Of a stretch of 64,000 nucleotides of DNA, positions 37,180-50,257 are shown piece after piece. Origin of the DNA: Octopus sinensis (lineage: Eukaryota); NCBI RefSeq assembly GCF_006345805.1, contig NC_043024.1, positions 6,820,001 through 6,884,000 on the forward strand, written 5' to 3'. The notes under the pieces were generated by a model that had not been told where the DNA came from, ran no database searches, and was given only the letters and a program-made list of their open reading frames with translations. The position numbers and the translations under genes are program-made. Position 1 is the first letter of the stretch. Each line of letters opens with the position of its first letter.

Positions 37180-37675
37180 ATCATCATCATCATCATCATC
37201 ATTTAGCGTCCGTTCTCCATGCTAGCATGGGTTGGACGGTTCAACTGGGGTCTGTGAAGCTGGAAGGCTTCATCAGGCCCAGTCAGATCTGGCAGTGTTT
37301 CTACGGTTGGATGCCCTTCCTAACGCCAACCACTCCGTGAGTGTAGTGGGTGCTTTTTACGTGCCACCCGCACAGGTGCCAGACAGAGCTGGCAAACGGC
37401 CATGAACGGATGGTGCTTTTACGTGTGACGGGCTTCTTTCATGTGTCCTGTGCCGGTTCCACGTAAAAAACACTCATACCGGTCCCATGTAAAAGCACTT
37501 GTGCTGGTGGCATGTTAACAACACCCAGTACACACTGTAAAGTGGTTGGCATTAGGAAGGGCATCCAGCTGTAGAAACCATGCCAAATCAGACTGGGACC
37601 TGGTGTAGCCAGCTCTGGTCAAATTGCCCAATCCATGCTAGCATGGAAAACAGACATTAAAGGATGATGATGATG
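37180..37675. mobile_element. Head-to-head RTE 3' UTR pair
   Basis: Minus copy 37180-37432 and plus copy 37440-37675; (GAT)n tails point outward. Confidence 0.8.
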
Positions 37676-38121
37676 ATATGTGTGCCTGTGTGTCCTTTCT
37701 GTTTTTGTGGTGTGACAAAACTTTTGGTAATGCTCTGAAAATCAATAAATAAGTTATGGTGGGATGTTCTAGGTTTCAAATATTGGCCTATTTCAGGTAA
37801 ATGGGGTCCATAATTCTTGCGTGCCCCTCTAAATGTTTTGTTGGTCTCCCTTCCCTTATTCTTTTCTACACTAACACAGAAAAGATGAGAAGAGGGGAGA
37901 GGAATTGAGGCCAAGAGAGAAAGGGGAAGAGAAAGAGAGAGAGAAGGGGAAGGAGAAGGAGGGAGAAATGAGAATGTTGATGGATAGTGAGAATGAAGAG
38001 AGAGGGGAGGAAAGAGAGTAGCTCCTACGGCAAGAGGAGAGAGAAAAAGAGATATATACAAACGAACTGACGAATAGATAGATAGATAGATAGGTAGATA
38101 GATAGATAGATAGATAGATAA

Positions 38122-38158
<37 letters not shown>

Positions 38159-38542
38159 GAGATAAATAGGTAGTGAGGAGGAGGAGGAGAGGATACAAAG
38201 TAACACAGAGAGAGAGAGGGGGGAGTAGATATAGACAAACTGACAGACAGGCAAAAGAGACCTAGATTTGAAGTAGGGGGAAAGAGGAAGTAGGTTGGGA
38301 AGAAGGAATGAAAGCCTTTATAAGAATAGCAAGTTTTTGATGATGACTAAGAGAAAGACACGTACCGCCCTTGAAGAAGGGAGAGGGGAAGAGGATATTG
38401 AAATGAGAGAGTGTTATGCGAGAGTGAGTGAGAGATAAAGAGAGAAGGAGGATTAAGAAAAGGAAGTTGATATGGAGAAGTAGAAGGAGAGAGAAGAGGA
38501 AGCAGGTATAAAATGTGACGAAACGAAAGAAAAGAACAATAT

Positions 38543-39030
38543 CAGTACCGGACCTATTATCCAGCTTTCAGAAATACGGAACCCATATCATCCGGAATTT
38601 CCAGAAATGCGGGATACTGTGTAATATCGTGCTATGTACTGTACTTTATATAAACAGACCCTTGTTTTTGAAGTGGGTTAATTTGTGTCAAAAATAATGT
38701 TCTTCACTTTTTTAAGTGGATTGATGAAGGTTAAACAAACCCTGCTTCAAAATTGTATTAATTTGTATCTGTGAAATAAAATTAGGTTCTTCACTTTCCT
38801 TTAATTTTCAAGGTACACTAGGGAATATTTTAAGAATTTTAAGTGGATTAATAAATATCAAACAGACTTTGTATTAATTTAAATCTATTAAATATAATTT
38901 AGTCCTTAACTTTTCAAAGTTTATTTTGTGTTTAAGCATATATTTAGACTGTTTCCAGAAAATCGGAAAATCCAGAAATCCGGGACACTTCTGGTTTCAA
39001 ATTTGCTGTATAAATTGGTCCGGTAACGTG
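38543..39030. mobile_element. Possible pogo/Tigger-like MITE
   Basis: Imperfect ends CAGTACCGGACCTATTAT and ATAAATTGGTCCGGTAACGTG; internal ATCCGG/ATCCAGAAAT repeats. Confidence 0.4.
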
Positions 39031-39836
39031 TTTGAGGTATGATTCGGGTGGTAAAGTTAGATTACAATAAAGTTAGAGAAAAACAAATAAAAATAACTAA
39101 TAAAAGCGGATTAGAAGAAAGAAAATACTTAAGAAAAGGCTAATGAGAGGGTGGGAAGAATGTAATTTAAATAAAAGAACAAGAGAATTAGGTGGGTGAC
39201 GGGATGAGGAAAGGGAGGTTGGTATTAGTGAGAGAGGGGTGTTTGAAAACTTCGGCTTGAAAGAGAAGTGTGGTTATAAAGTATTAAGTGTGAGGGTAAG
39301 TCAGAGGGGGCGAGTGAAAGGCAATTAAGAAAGAGTGAGGGGGAGAGACAGGGGGAGAAAGTGAGAGGATAGAGAGAAGGATAGGCAGATAGATAAAGAG
39401 AGTGAAGGAAGTATGAAAAAAATTAGGTAGACTAGAGAAGAAAGAGGGAGACAGAAAGTCTAGGAAAGAGAGTAAAGAGGAATAGTTAGAGCAAAGAGAG
39501 TGAGCGAACCACTCACGAGGCTTTGGTAGGCTTGGGGCTAAAGTACAACACACCCGGGCTGAGGGATTGAAACCGCGACCATGTAAATGGGATGGAAAGA
39601 AAAGGTTTATTCAAGAAGGCGCTAAAAGAGAGCAAGGGAATAAGCTGAAAGTATTATAATACCGGGGAGCAGTGGAGCAATAAAAGAAAATGGTTATTGC
39701 GTGAGTAAGAGAATATAAATGCGTGTAAGTGAGAAAAATGGTTAAGGACTTAATACACTCACATAATCGTCAGAAGTGACGAGAGTTTCGGATATAGCGC
39801 TACCGATTTGATAAGTGCCATGGGGGGAACTTTCGG

Positions 39837-39984
39837 GGATCTCTTCGCTTTGACCGGCAGATTTCTGAAATAATTTCTTTGTAACTAAACACTTTTAAAC
39901 TTTTAAACTTCGTGTACGAAGTTTAAAAGTGTTTAGTTACAAAGAAATTATTTCAAAAATCTGCCGGTCAAAGTGAAAAGATCC
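39837..39984. repeat. ~148-bp foldback palindrome
   Basis: GGATCTCTTCGCTTTGACCGGCAGATTT... is mirrored by ...AAATCTGCCGGTCAAAGTGAAAAGATCC. Confidence 0.88.
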
Positions 39985-40304
39985 ACTTTCGGCCATTGAA
40001 CCACTTACGTACCTTACTGCTGATTAGAAATAATAGAATACACAAACAGACTCACACACACACACGTACGCAAGCAAACATTATGGACCGTACATACTCA
40101 GTTTATGCGTTTTGTTTCTTCGCCGGTTCGCTACTAGTAGCGCGTGGGGGTCGGGGCCGACTCCCTCATTATGCTGGGATAAATACGTATTCATTATGCG
40201 AACCGGCGAACGAACCAAAAGCATTCACAGAGTATGTGCGACCGATAACGTTTACAGCACATATATACATGTGTGTGTGTATGCATACGTACATACATAT
40301 CACA

Positions 40305-40870
40305 CCTGTTTTAGCTCGGAAGCTGCGACCATGCTGGAGCACCACTGCTGGCTTTGTTACACCTGCTTTATTTGACACCTCCCCTGACATGTGACATTTG
40401 GTGAATGCGGGAGTTTGATGTTGCCACCTTCATCTTTGTTTCCTACCGTGAGGTAGGCTCATCCGAAGCCATCGACAAGATGAGATCCAGTTTTGTTTCG
40501 AAGACACCTACATCCACACCAAGCAGGTTTCTCAAGCATTTTAGAAGGATATTGAAGAGTTGTGAGGTCTTGAAACCAAAGCTGTTGCAATATCTGATCC
40601 TGTATTTTGATGGCGATGTTGGGATCTTTGGCACTCTGCAGTGGCACGCCGTTCAGTTGCTTGTGTAACTTTCAATGCCAAAGTTTGGTACAAGTCCTTT
40701 CAGAAACTTCCAGATGTATATCACTGCAAATCTTTCCCGCCTTCGTTACAGAGAGTAGAATCTTAATTTTTCAGCCTTTTCCAGTAGCTGACATGTTTCA
40801 TTGGGACGTGTTTCTTTGTGTAGCTTTGCAGAATTGCTTCGAGTTTCATCGTAAATTTTATGCACACATA
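40305..40870 (-). mobile_element. CR1-like LINE 3' end
   Basis: Minus strand: SRYRIRYCNSFGFKTSQLFNILLKCLRNLLGVDVGVFETKLDLILSMASDEPTS; homologous to 43110-43690. Confidence 0.82.
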
Positions 40871-40977
40871 CATACAGACATACATATATTGTAACTCCCC
40901 CCAAAATATATTGAGTGCCCTTCTGTCGTTTGTCCACTGACTCCTTCACACACACATACACAGACACACACACACAG

Positions 40978-41010
<33 letters not shown>

Positions 41011-41125
41011 GACACACACATATAAGCCAAACTGTAATTTTATGCGTTATGTAAAACATTAAATTTAGCTTGGAAACATATGTTGTCTTGATTTACCTTT
41101 TCTATTTCTTATACTCTTTATATAA

Positions 41126-41193
<68 letters not shown>

Positions 41194-41194
<1 letters not shown>

Positions 41195-41403
41195 GAGAAA
41201 GAAGCAACAAGAATGGATAGGTTTTTAGTACGATCGTTTCATACAAGGACAGGTTTTATTAAAAGTTGCAAAGATTACAGCATATAAACGAGTCCCGTAC
41301 GGGACTCGTTTATATGCTGTAATCTTTGCAACTTTTAATAAAACCTGTCCTTGTATGAAACGATCGTACTAAAAACCTATCCATTCTTGTTGCTTCTTTC
41401 TCG
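41194..41403. repeat. 210-bp perfect loopless palindrome
   Basis: 105-bp arms centred between 41298 and 41299; contains GAAACGATCGTA at 41357-41368; follows a (TA)n tract. Confidence 0.95.
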
Positions 41404-41521
41404 CTTATAATCACCCCACATTACTGTATTGTTAAATCAGTATAGTTTTTTTTGGTGCATCTAAGTTAGGTACCATATTCAAGTAAATTCATTTAAATTA
41501 ACTTGAATCTTTATTGCTCTT

Positions 41522-41560
<39 letters not shown>

Positions 41561-41672
41561 AGTTCCTGACGATGAATTTGTCATATTTACATACCGGAAT
41601 TTTACCGGTAAATATTGTTGGTTATATGAAAAACCACTGAAAAATTATTTACCATTTTTATTGTATATATAT

Positions 41673-41760
<88 letters not shown>

Positions 41761-41812
41761 TATTATATATATATATATAAATATAATATATATATTAAAT
41801 ATTTTATATTTA

Positions 41813-41858
<46 letters not shown>

Positions 41859-42040
41859 TAAATATAAAATATAAATTACAAAGTGGGACAAGAACGCAAA
41901 AACACACAAGGAGACGACACAAAAAAAAGACGGTATATATATACATATACATACATACATACGTACACACACACACAAACACACACACATACATACATAC
42001 ATACATACATACATACATACATACATACATACATACAACA

Positions 42041-42076
<36 letters not shown>

Positions 42077-42625
42077 TATATACACACACTAACATCGATT
42101 GTCAAGCGATGTTGAGGGGGACAAACAGAGTCACACAAATACACACACACACATATACCACACGCTTCTTTCAGTTTCCATCTACCAAATCCACTCACGA
42201 GACTTTGGTCGGCTCGGAACTCGGAACCATGCGGTTGGAAAGCAAGTTCTTACCACACAGTCACGCCTGCATTTATAACTTGCAAACGCGCGTGAGCACG
42301 CACACATTATTTAATATTCATAGGATTTAAATGTGACCGGCAACGTCTCCATGCTTTGATAGTGAGTTCCATAGTTTCATAGTTCAATTTAAACCCTGTG
42401 CATATTAAATGATATTTATCTCTCACTTGATGGAGTACTTCTTTTGTTGATCTCACAAATAACGGAACAGTACACAATATATTCATATGTATGTATATGT
42501 ACATACATAAGAAAGAAAACTACAGAACTTATGTTAAGTGGGGCGCTACAGTTCATAACACCCAGGGTCAAATCCAAAACGAGGGAATAGTATGGGACGA
42601 TGGTGGGGCTGGGTAGAATGCAGGC

Positions 42626-42677
<52 letters not shown>

Positions 42678-42820
42678 AGTTGGGGAAGGTGTTAGAGAGG
42701 GACGACCAATGACAATGAATAGCGATTAATGAAAGGACGAAAAGTCCGGTCCTTATGGGGGAGGAAACAGAAGGGGCCCGTCTAAGGATTATATAATAAA
42801 ACAGAGAGTGGGGGAGGGCA

Positions 42821-42860
<40 letters not shown>

Positions 42861-43026
42861 TATATATACACACACACACTCATCTCTCTATGTGTGCGTG
42901 CGTGTGTATATATATATGTAATATATATATATATTATATATATATACATGTATATACATATATATATGTATATATCTACATATATATACACACATATATA
43001 TATATAATATATATATGTATATATCT

Positions 43027-43077
<51 letters not shown>

Positions 43078-43109
43078 CTACATATATATATATATATTTT
43101 TTTTAATTT

Positions 43110-43690
43110 GATTCTAGTTTCAGCTTATGAGCTGTGGCCATGCTGGGGCACCGCCATTTGGTGTTGCTACTTGGTTTCACTTCATGAAGGCTTTCTAGCA
43201 ACTGCTATTTGGTGCATGAGAGAGTTCGATGCAGCTGCCCTCATCTGCACCTCCTGCCGTGAAGTTGGTTCATCTGGGACACCTGACAGGAAGAGATCCA
43301 GCTTCATTTTAAAGACATCTGTATCCACCCCATGCAGGTATCTCAGGTTCTTCGGGAGGATATTGAAGAGCTGCGGGCCTCGGAAGCCCAGGCTATCACA
43401 GAATCTTGTCCTACATCTTGATGGCAAGTTTGGAGTCCTAGGCACCACGCAGTGGCGCCCAGTTCTGGCATTTGCGTAACTCTCGATGCCAAAGTTCAGG
43501 ACACTTCCCTCCAGGATCTTCCAGATGTATATTATGGCATATCTTTCCCGCCTACGCTCCAGGGAATATAATTTTATCTCTTGAGTCTTTCCCAGTAGCT
43601 TACATTCTGCATAGAGGCTATCTTCTTCGTGTAGCTACGTTGGATTGCCTCGAGCTCTGTGATCAACTTGACACTGGATGGTGACCATAA
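43110..43690 (-). mobile_element. CR1-like LINE 3' end with 3' UTR
   Basis: Minus strand: LEAIQRSYTKKIASMQNVSYWERLK..YSLERRRERYAIIYIWKILEG..PNFG...FNILP...FKMKLDLFLSGVPDEP...RAAASNSLMHQ. Confidence 0.9.
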
Positions 43691-43953
43691 CTGAGAGCAG
43701 TAGTCAAAGTGGCTTAGGACAAGTGTCCTCCAGAGGACCATCATGGTTTCTTGTTCTCTTGTTCTAAAGGTTCTGAGGATCCATCCGGCAGTCGTCTACA
43801 TTTCATTGCCAATTAGCAACATGTACACGAAAGGTCGCGTCATCACTCATGTAAATACCCAGGTCACGCACTGATTGTGCCTCTGGGATTGCTATTCCTC
43901 CGGGTCCAGTGTATTCATTGGGTATTGCATATATTTATACATTATATATATAC

Positions 43954-44035
<82 letters not shown>

Positions 44036-44883
44036 CTATATATATATATATATTTATATATATATTATATATATATATATGTATATATATAATGTATAAA
44101 TATATGCATATATACATACATATATATACACATGCATATATGGGTACAGGAGATTAAAAAAACCTTAAACACAATGAGAAACGAAAACATAGAAAACGAA
44201 CTTTCTTTTGAACAACGCAAAAAAAAAACAAACAAAAAGAGAAACGAGGCATGCAACTTAAAGAATATCTCCCTTCGTCAGTTGTCCCCTGTTTTATCTA
44301 CTCAGCGTTCGAAGGTAAGGGCAATACGCGACTCCGTTGAAACAATCCTTCCCGCAAAGCAAATAAATAAATTTTGGGATTTTTTGCGGAGGGTGAAAGT
44401 GGTAACAATAACAGGACAGTGTGAACAAGACAGTAAAAACAAACGGCGAGGGCTGTTAAGCCAAAAACGATAGAAAAATTATTATGAACGAGAGAGAGAA
44501 AGAGAGAGATAGTTAAATAGATAGATAGATCAATAGATAGATAGATATAGATAAAGTTATTGAAGAATAGAAGAGGGAGAGTAATAATTTCTTTGCGTTG
44601 TTATTGTTGTTGATGTTGTTTAACCCCAGGTCAGTCCTGATCCAGCAGACCTGTGATCAAATTTATTGTAGTCATTGATTTTTTAATCTAAAAAAATATA
44701 TATATCCACGGTTTCGGTATCAAATGTGCGTTTGGAATGAGATTTGGCTGCTTTGTCTAGCATGTCGAACGACCACAAAAAAGTTCTTGTTGGAGGAGAG
44801 TTTTTCGCTTTTTGTTTTTGCGTGGGCAAACAATTCTTTTGTTTGACAGAATTAGTCAGGAAAACGGATTTAGATAGACAGAC

Positions 44884-44942
<59 letters not shown>

Positions 44943-45399
44943 AAGAGAGAGAGAGAGAGGAAGGAGAGTGATAGAGGAATATAAAAATGGTGAGAAGGGC
45001 AGAGAAAGATGAAGAGAGTAAGTTTATAAAGAAAGCATAGGGGAAGGATACATAAAGAGTGATAGAGAGGGAGAGATAAAGAAAGAGAGAAGGCGGGGAA
45101 CCTTGGATGAGGGAACCTTTTAATTTTGCTTATTTTCTGGTAGTTGTTAACTTTAACTTAACAAGTACCTTCTTTTGGTACTTGTGAACATTAACATCCC
45201 ATCTTTCTCTCTCTGAGAGATGTTGGCAAAGTCGAAGTCGGTGGTATTTGATCTCAGAATCGTGAGAATCGTCGAATTAAATCTAGATCAGCTCCCACCC
45301 TGTTCTTTGGAGCCAATTCACAAAAAGAGGGGAAAAGAATAGACAGGCAGCCAGACAGACAGACAGATAGAGAGATACTGAGAGAGAATGAGTGTAAGG

Positions 45400-47830
45400 A
45401 AATATTTGTAAGAAAGACAGGAGTAAGAGCAGTTTGTTATGTCAGTGATAGATAAGAGAATGGAATTAAAGATAGACACAAACATGTGTAAATATATATG
45501 TATATGAGAGAGTTGTGTAGAGAGGGAGAGACACGAAAAGAGCAGCAGAGGAAGACAGAGAAAGAGAAAAAATGAGAGAATAGATGCTACTGTTAATATT
45601 AGAAAGAAAGGGAGAGAGAGAGAGAAGAAAGGAGGGAGACGAGAGAGAGAGTATGTAGTGTGTAAAGAAGTTTGAGAGAGTGGGAGGTATAGTGTAAATA
45701 AGAGGAAGGGAGAGAGAGAGAGAAGAAGATGATGATGAAGAAGAAGAAATGAGTGATGTCAGTGAATGAGTGAGGGTAGGAGGAGGAAAAGTAAGGCGAC
45801 ATTTTGGGTCGGGTTATAGTTGAAATATCAAGATGATGGTGGGATGTGTATGGCTGTCTGTTGTGATATCAATGGGAGAGTGTGACTTACATAAAGTCAG
45901 TGATAGGAGATAGAGGGTGTTTGTGGGTGTGAGAGAACAAGAGAGAGAAAGTGTGGGGGGGGGATAGAATGTGTGAGAAGCTTTATTATTAGTTCGTCCG
46001 TCGTTGTCGACGATGACCAAGGATGTGAGAAGCATAGCGTGGGGGAGAGGAATGTGCGAGAGAATATGTATGAGAGAGAGAGTAGAAAGAGTATAAGCAA
46101 AACTTTGTGAGAGTAAAGATAGAAACGTAAAGAAAGAGGGAGTGATATTGTAAAGTCGGAAAGAGAAAGTCTAATGAAGAGAGAGGGGGAGTGAGAGAGA
46201 ATGAGAGAGAGGGATGACAAAGAGAAGGTGAGAGGGTGCGAGAGAGAATGAAGGAGAGAAGTTGTAGTCGTGATTAAGTTTGAACGATTAAAAAAATGTC
46301 GAGATATTTGAAAGTGAGACATTTGTTAAGTGTCATTGAGAGAGAGAAGCAGTGAGTGACAGTTAAAAGTATGAGAGGGGGAAGGAAAAGGATAAAAAGT
46401 GTATATAGAGAGAGAGTGAGAAGGAGGAGGTGGAGAATGACCTCTGGTCAAGTGTGACCGAAAAGAAAGTATGAAGATGTAGAAAAGTTAAAGAGAACGG
46501 TTGTTGTTTAATGTCAATGGAAGAAAGGAGAGAGAGAGAGTGAGTGATGTGGTAAAATATAGATGGGAGCGGGAAATGAGAGAGTGAGTGACAGGCTAGA
46601 ATATAGATGGGAGTGAGAAATAGATCGTTAGAAAGACAAAGTAGGAGAGAAAAGTGAGTGAGGAGAGAATGAGTAAAGAGAGAGAGAGAGTGAGTGAAGA
46701 GAGAAAGAATGTGTGAAATCCTGTGAGTCAGAAAGTGAGTGATAGAGAGAGAGAGAGAGATTGTGTTTACGAGTATTTGGCAAAGGGGAGTAAATGGAGA
46801 GTGGAGTGTGGCTTAGGGTGCGCATGTGAATCTGAGTTTGAGTTAAGGAAAAATGACTGACAACAAACAATAACAGCTGAGTGAAAGAAACGAAGCAAAC
46901 AAATTTCCAAACGGAGAGAAATAAAAGTAATCGAAGGAAAGAGAGAAGATGATAGACATTAAATGGAGGAAGAGAGATGTGTATTAATAGAGGGATGTAT
47001 TTGTATTAGAGTGTCAGTGAGTGAAGGCGAAGATTAGAAAAAAATAGTGTTAAGGTACAAAAGTAATGTGAATAGATGAGGTTTAAATATTAGAAGGAAG
47101 AGGGTAGAAAATGAGAAAGATACGCAGTAAATGGGAAAGTGCAAGGTTTAATAATGTATAATATGGAAGATATGTATGATAGTGATGGTGGGAAAAATAG
47201 AGATATAGAGATTAATGAAGAGCGAAGGGTAAAGAGAAAGAGTAATAGATATATAGAGAGGGGTGTAATATAAAAATAGAAAGAGAGTAATCAGAAGGCG
47301 ACGCATTAGAAGCGAACGTGATAGAAAAGAACAAGGAGTGGGTAGTTTATGCGTGAAGGGGAGTAGATAGCAAAAGGTAAGGAACGAGAGAGAGGGGGTG
47401 AAGAGTAAAAGTAAGAGATATGTATGAACAGAAAGAAGGTGGTAGTGTGAGTGGAAGAGAAAGAGTGAAAGAGAAAGGGTAAAGGAGAGAGAAGAATGTA
47501 TGAAAAGGAGAGAGAGAGAGAGTGATGCAAAGAGAGGAAAAGCAATATGTGAATAGAGACGGAGGGTGAGAGTGAGAGAGGAAGGGAAAAAATAAGAAAT
47601 CTGTGATGAGAGAATATCTGGGAGAGAAATATAGAGGAAGAGACTGAGAGAGAGAAGAATATGGAAAGATAGGCAGAGAGGGAATAAAGTGTCAAACAAT
47701 GTGACAGCGGAGAGGGAGTAAAGAATATTAAATATAGATAGTGTAAGAGACAATAAAGAGAAAGAGTAGAAGAGAGAGCGGATAGAAAGTAAGTGAGAGA
47801 AGAAAGAGTAGGAGGAAGGGCAACGCTTAG
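45400..47830 (+). repeat. ~2.4-kb degenerate GA-rich purine tract
   Basis: Direct reading; strong purine skew on the + strand without a fixed unit. Confidence 0.85.
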
Positions 47831-50215
47831 AGGTTTGTAACAGTAGATAGGAAGAGAGAGAGAAGGTGTGTGTATCGAGTCATTCGGTTTGCTGCTTTGG
47901 TAGCAGTGTGACGGCTGTCTTACTGGTCTTCATCTCTCGAAGTAAGTACCCCCTTCCTTTATTTCTTTTAATTCTCCATTATTATACATACCTTATAAAT
48001 GTCCAGAACATATCCGAGCCATGTCACTTTATCCCGTTATAATTTTTTTTCTAATTTAAAAATTGTAGTGCCCTTCTTCCTCCTCTCCGTCTTCATTCAA
48101 AGCTCCACTAATTATCAATCAAGCAAGCACCTACCACTTCGGTTTTTCTGTTGCTGCTGGTTTGTTTGAGACGAATGGCGATTTCTTGACACGAATTAAA
48201 ATAAAATAAGGCGGACATTCAGAGAAAGAGAAAGACAATAAGAAGACACTTACTTTACACAACACGGCCCGATATTTATAAAGTAGTTTTAATACTAGTC
48301 TGCATTATAATAGACACAAGATGTATCATAGCTTGTGTCTGTTATCTATGATTTAATATACTCTCCGGCATGTTGGACGGAAATAATTTTCGAGCTTTGG
48401 ACAACAATACTTCTATAATATTAAAAAAAAAAAAATGTGCCCCTCCTGGTTCGAAATCCCGCCGAGGTGTTTATGAGGGACAGCTTGTGTTGGTTGTTTT
48501 TAGTAGTGGTAGTAGTGTCAATTAAATAACTACCAGTTATACACTGGTCTTTCATTCGAAATTCAACACTCCCTTCTCTCTCTCAACGAGGGAGCGAGCC
48601 TCTACGGACTTTCTCGTCCGGCTAGAAATAGCAGACAAATGCCTCTCTGAACACGCCCAACGGTTTTTCTGAAATTTGAAATCGGAGCACATTGTATAAT
48701 GTAGTCCTAGATAAACCGTGTCTGAAAACAACAAAAACACAGGATGGTGATGGCTAGATTGTCTGTAAAACCAGAGGTCCAGGGTCTGACCTTCTTATGG
48801 ACGTACACTTTCTTGACCATTCAAAATTGAAATCTATTATATAACTGTTAAAGTATTTAGCTGTGGGTCCCGTATGGGCCTTGATCCCTCTCTGGTTAAC
48901 TTCTTCCCTTGCTTCATCTACCCTACATCCCCTCAATGTCATCCGTTGACCATTATAACTGATATATCTCTATAATGACTATGGACGTAAATGGTGAACA
49001 TTCGGTTTTAAATGTTTTCTCACTGTTTTTTTAAAATTTTCTGTCTCGTTCTTTTTTTTTCTTGTTTATTCTTTCATTACTAATCTGCAAGGCCGCAATA
49101 TTAAAGTAACTTCCTGTATTTAGTGTAAACGTCATGTTCTGAGTTCAAATCTCACTGTTGTTTGGGGTGGTACTGGTGCCTGGATATAGAATTACCACTA
49201 ATTAGTCAGATACACCAGGGTATTATTTGATTTGTTCGACTGCAGACCCTTATTTGCTATTTTCTGGCATGTGTTAAAACACTTCAATATTATAAAATAT
49301 AGAAACGCTTGGCAGAAACCCTCCTTAAAAATTACTGGCCTTGTACCCATATTCTCAGTCCAAAACTCTCCAGGAAGTTTTCATTCAGCTTTACTCACGG
49401 TCAATAAAATCAGACTTAGGGTTCCCTCTCCAACATTTTATTATGGTTCCTCTCTTCTGTTATAATTCCATTTACATATTATGTGACTTTATTTTCTCAC
49501 TCTATCGCCGAAAAAGCTAAGTTAATTTCAGCTGGACTTGAAGTGGTAACTTAATGCAGTTAAACATCGGAGGTACTTTGTCCCAAGTTAGGAAATATTA
49601 ATTTACAATTCCATTTCATTCTATTTTATGTCTTTGGTAAAGGGTAAAAAGCATGTATCTTCACTCCTCTCCTCGGCGATACTATAGCTCGATGTTAAAG
49701 ACAGTTGTAATTTTAAAGTGTTTGTTTTAAAATCTAGTGTGAAGTCGAAATGATCTCTGGTTGCCTCTTTACCGGATTGGTGATTCCTGTATGTGTGTCA
49801 CTTGTGTTACTGAGGTGTTGATGTCTAAATTGTATTTCTATATGTCTGAGGGAATCTTAATGTCCTCCGGCTATATTATATGTAAGTGTATATGAATGTA
49901 TATATTTCTTTCCTCTCACAGGAAAGCAAGTACACTCCTTTATTTTACTGAGAAAATGACTAAGAAAAATAAAGCGAAATGTTTTTCAAGAAATTTAGAC
50001 GGATCCGACATTTTATCCTTTATTTTTTTTATTTTCAGTAAACTTTTCTTTTTCTGCCCTTCGTCTGTGCGGGTGGGGTGGTCGATAAAAAAATTACCTC
50101 TACTCTTGAAGGCGGTGCCCGGCATGGCTCGCTGCCCAATAACTAAAACTATCGACAGGAGTGCACGCGTATATATATAATGGCCCAGCATGGCTGCAGT
50201 CCAATGACTGAAACA

Positions 50216-50257
<42 letters not shown>

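Noticed and set aside
39996-40394. 132-aa ORF
   Set aside because: Spans a (CA)n tract, a hairpin and a CR1 tail; a mosaic of repeats.
41560-41625. CTGACGA...ACCGG motif
   Set aside because: GAAA is missing and the stems are ambiguous.
44250-44320. CTGACGA on the minus strand near a GAA(A)CGC-like motif
   Set aside because: Could not be folded into any hammerhead topology.
49905-50180. Polypyrimidine-CAG acceptor followed by an ORF
   Set aside because: The ORF is low-complexity, runs into SINE tail fragments, has no donor and no recognisable protein.
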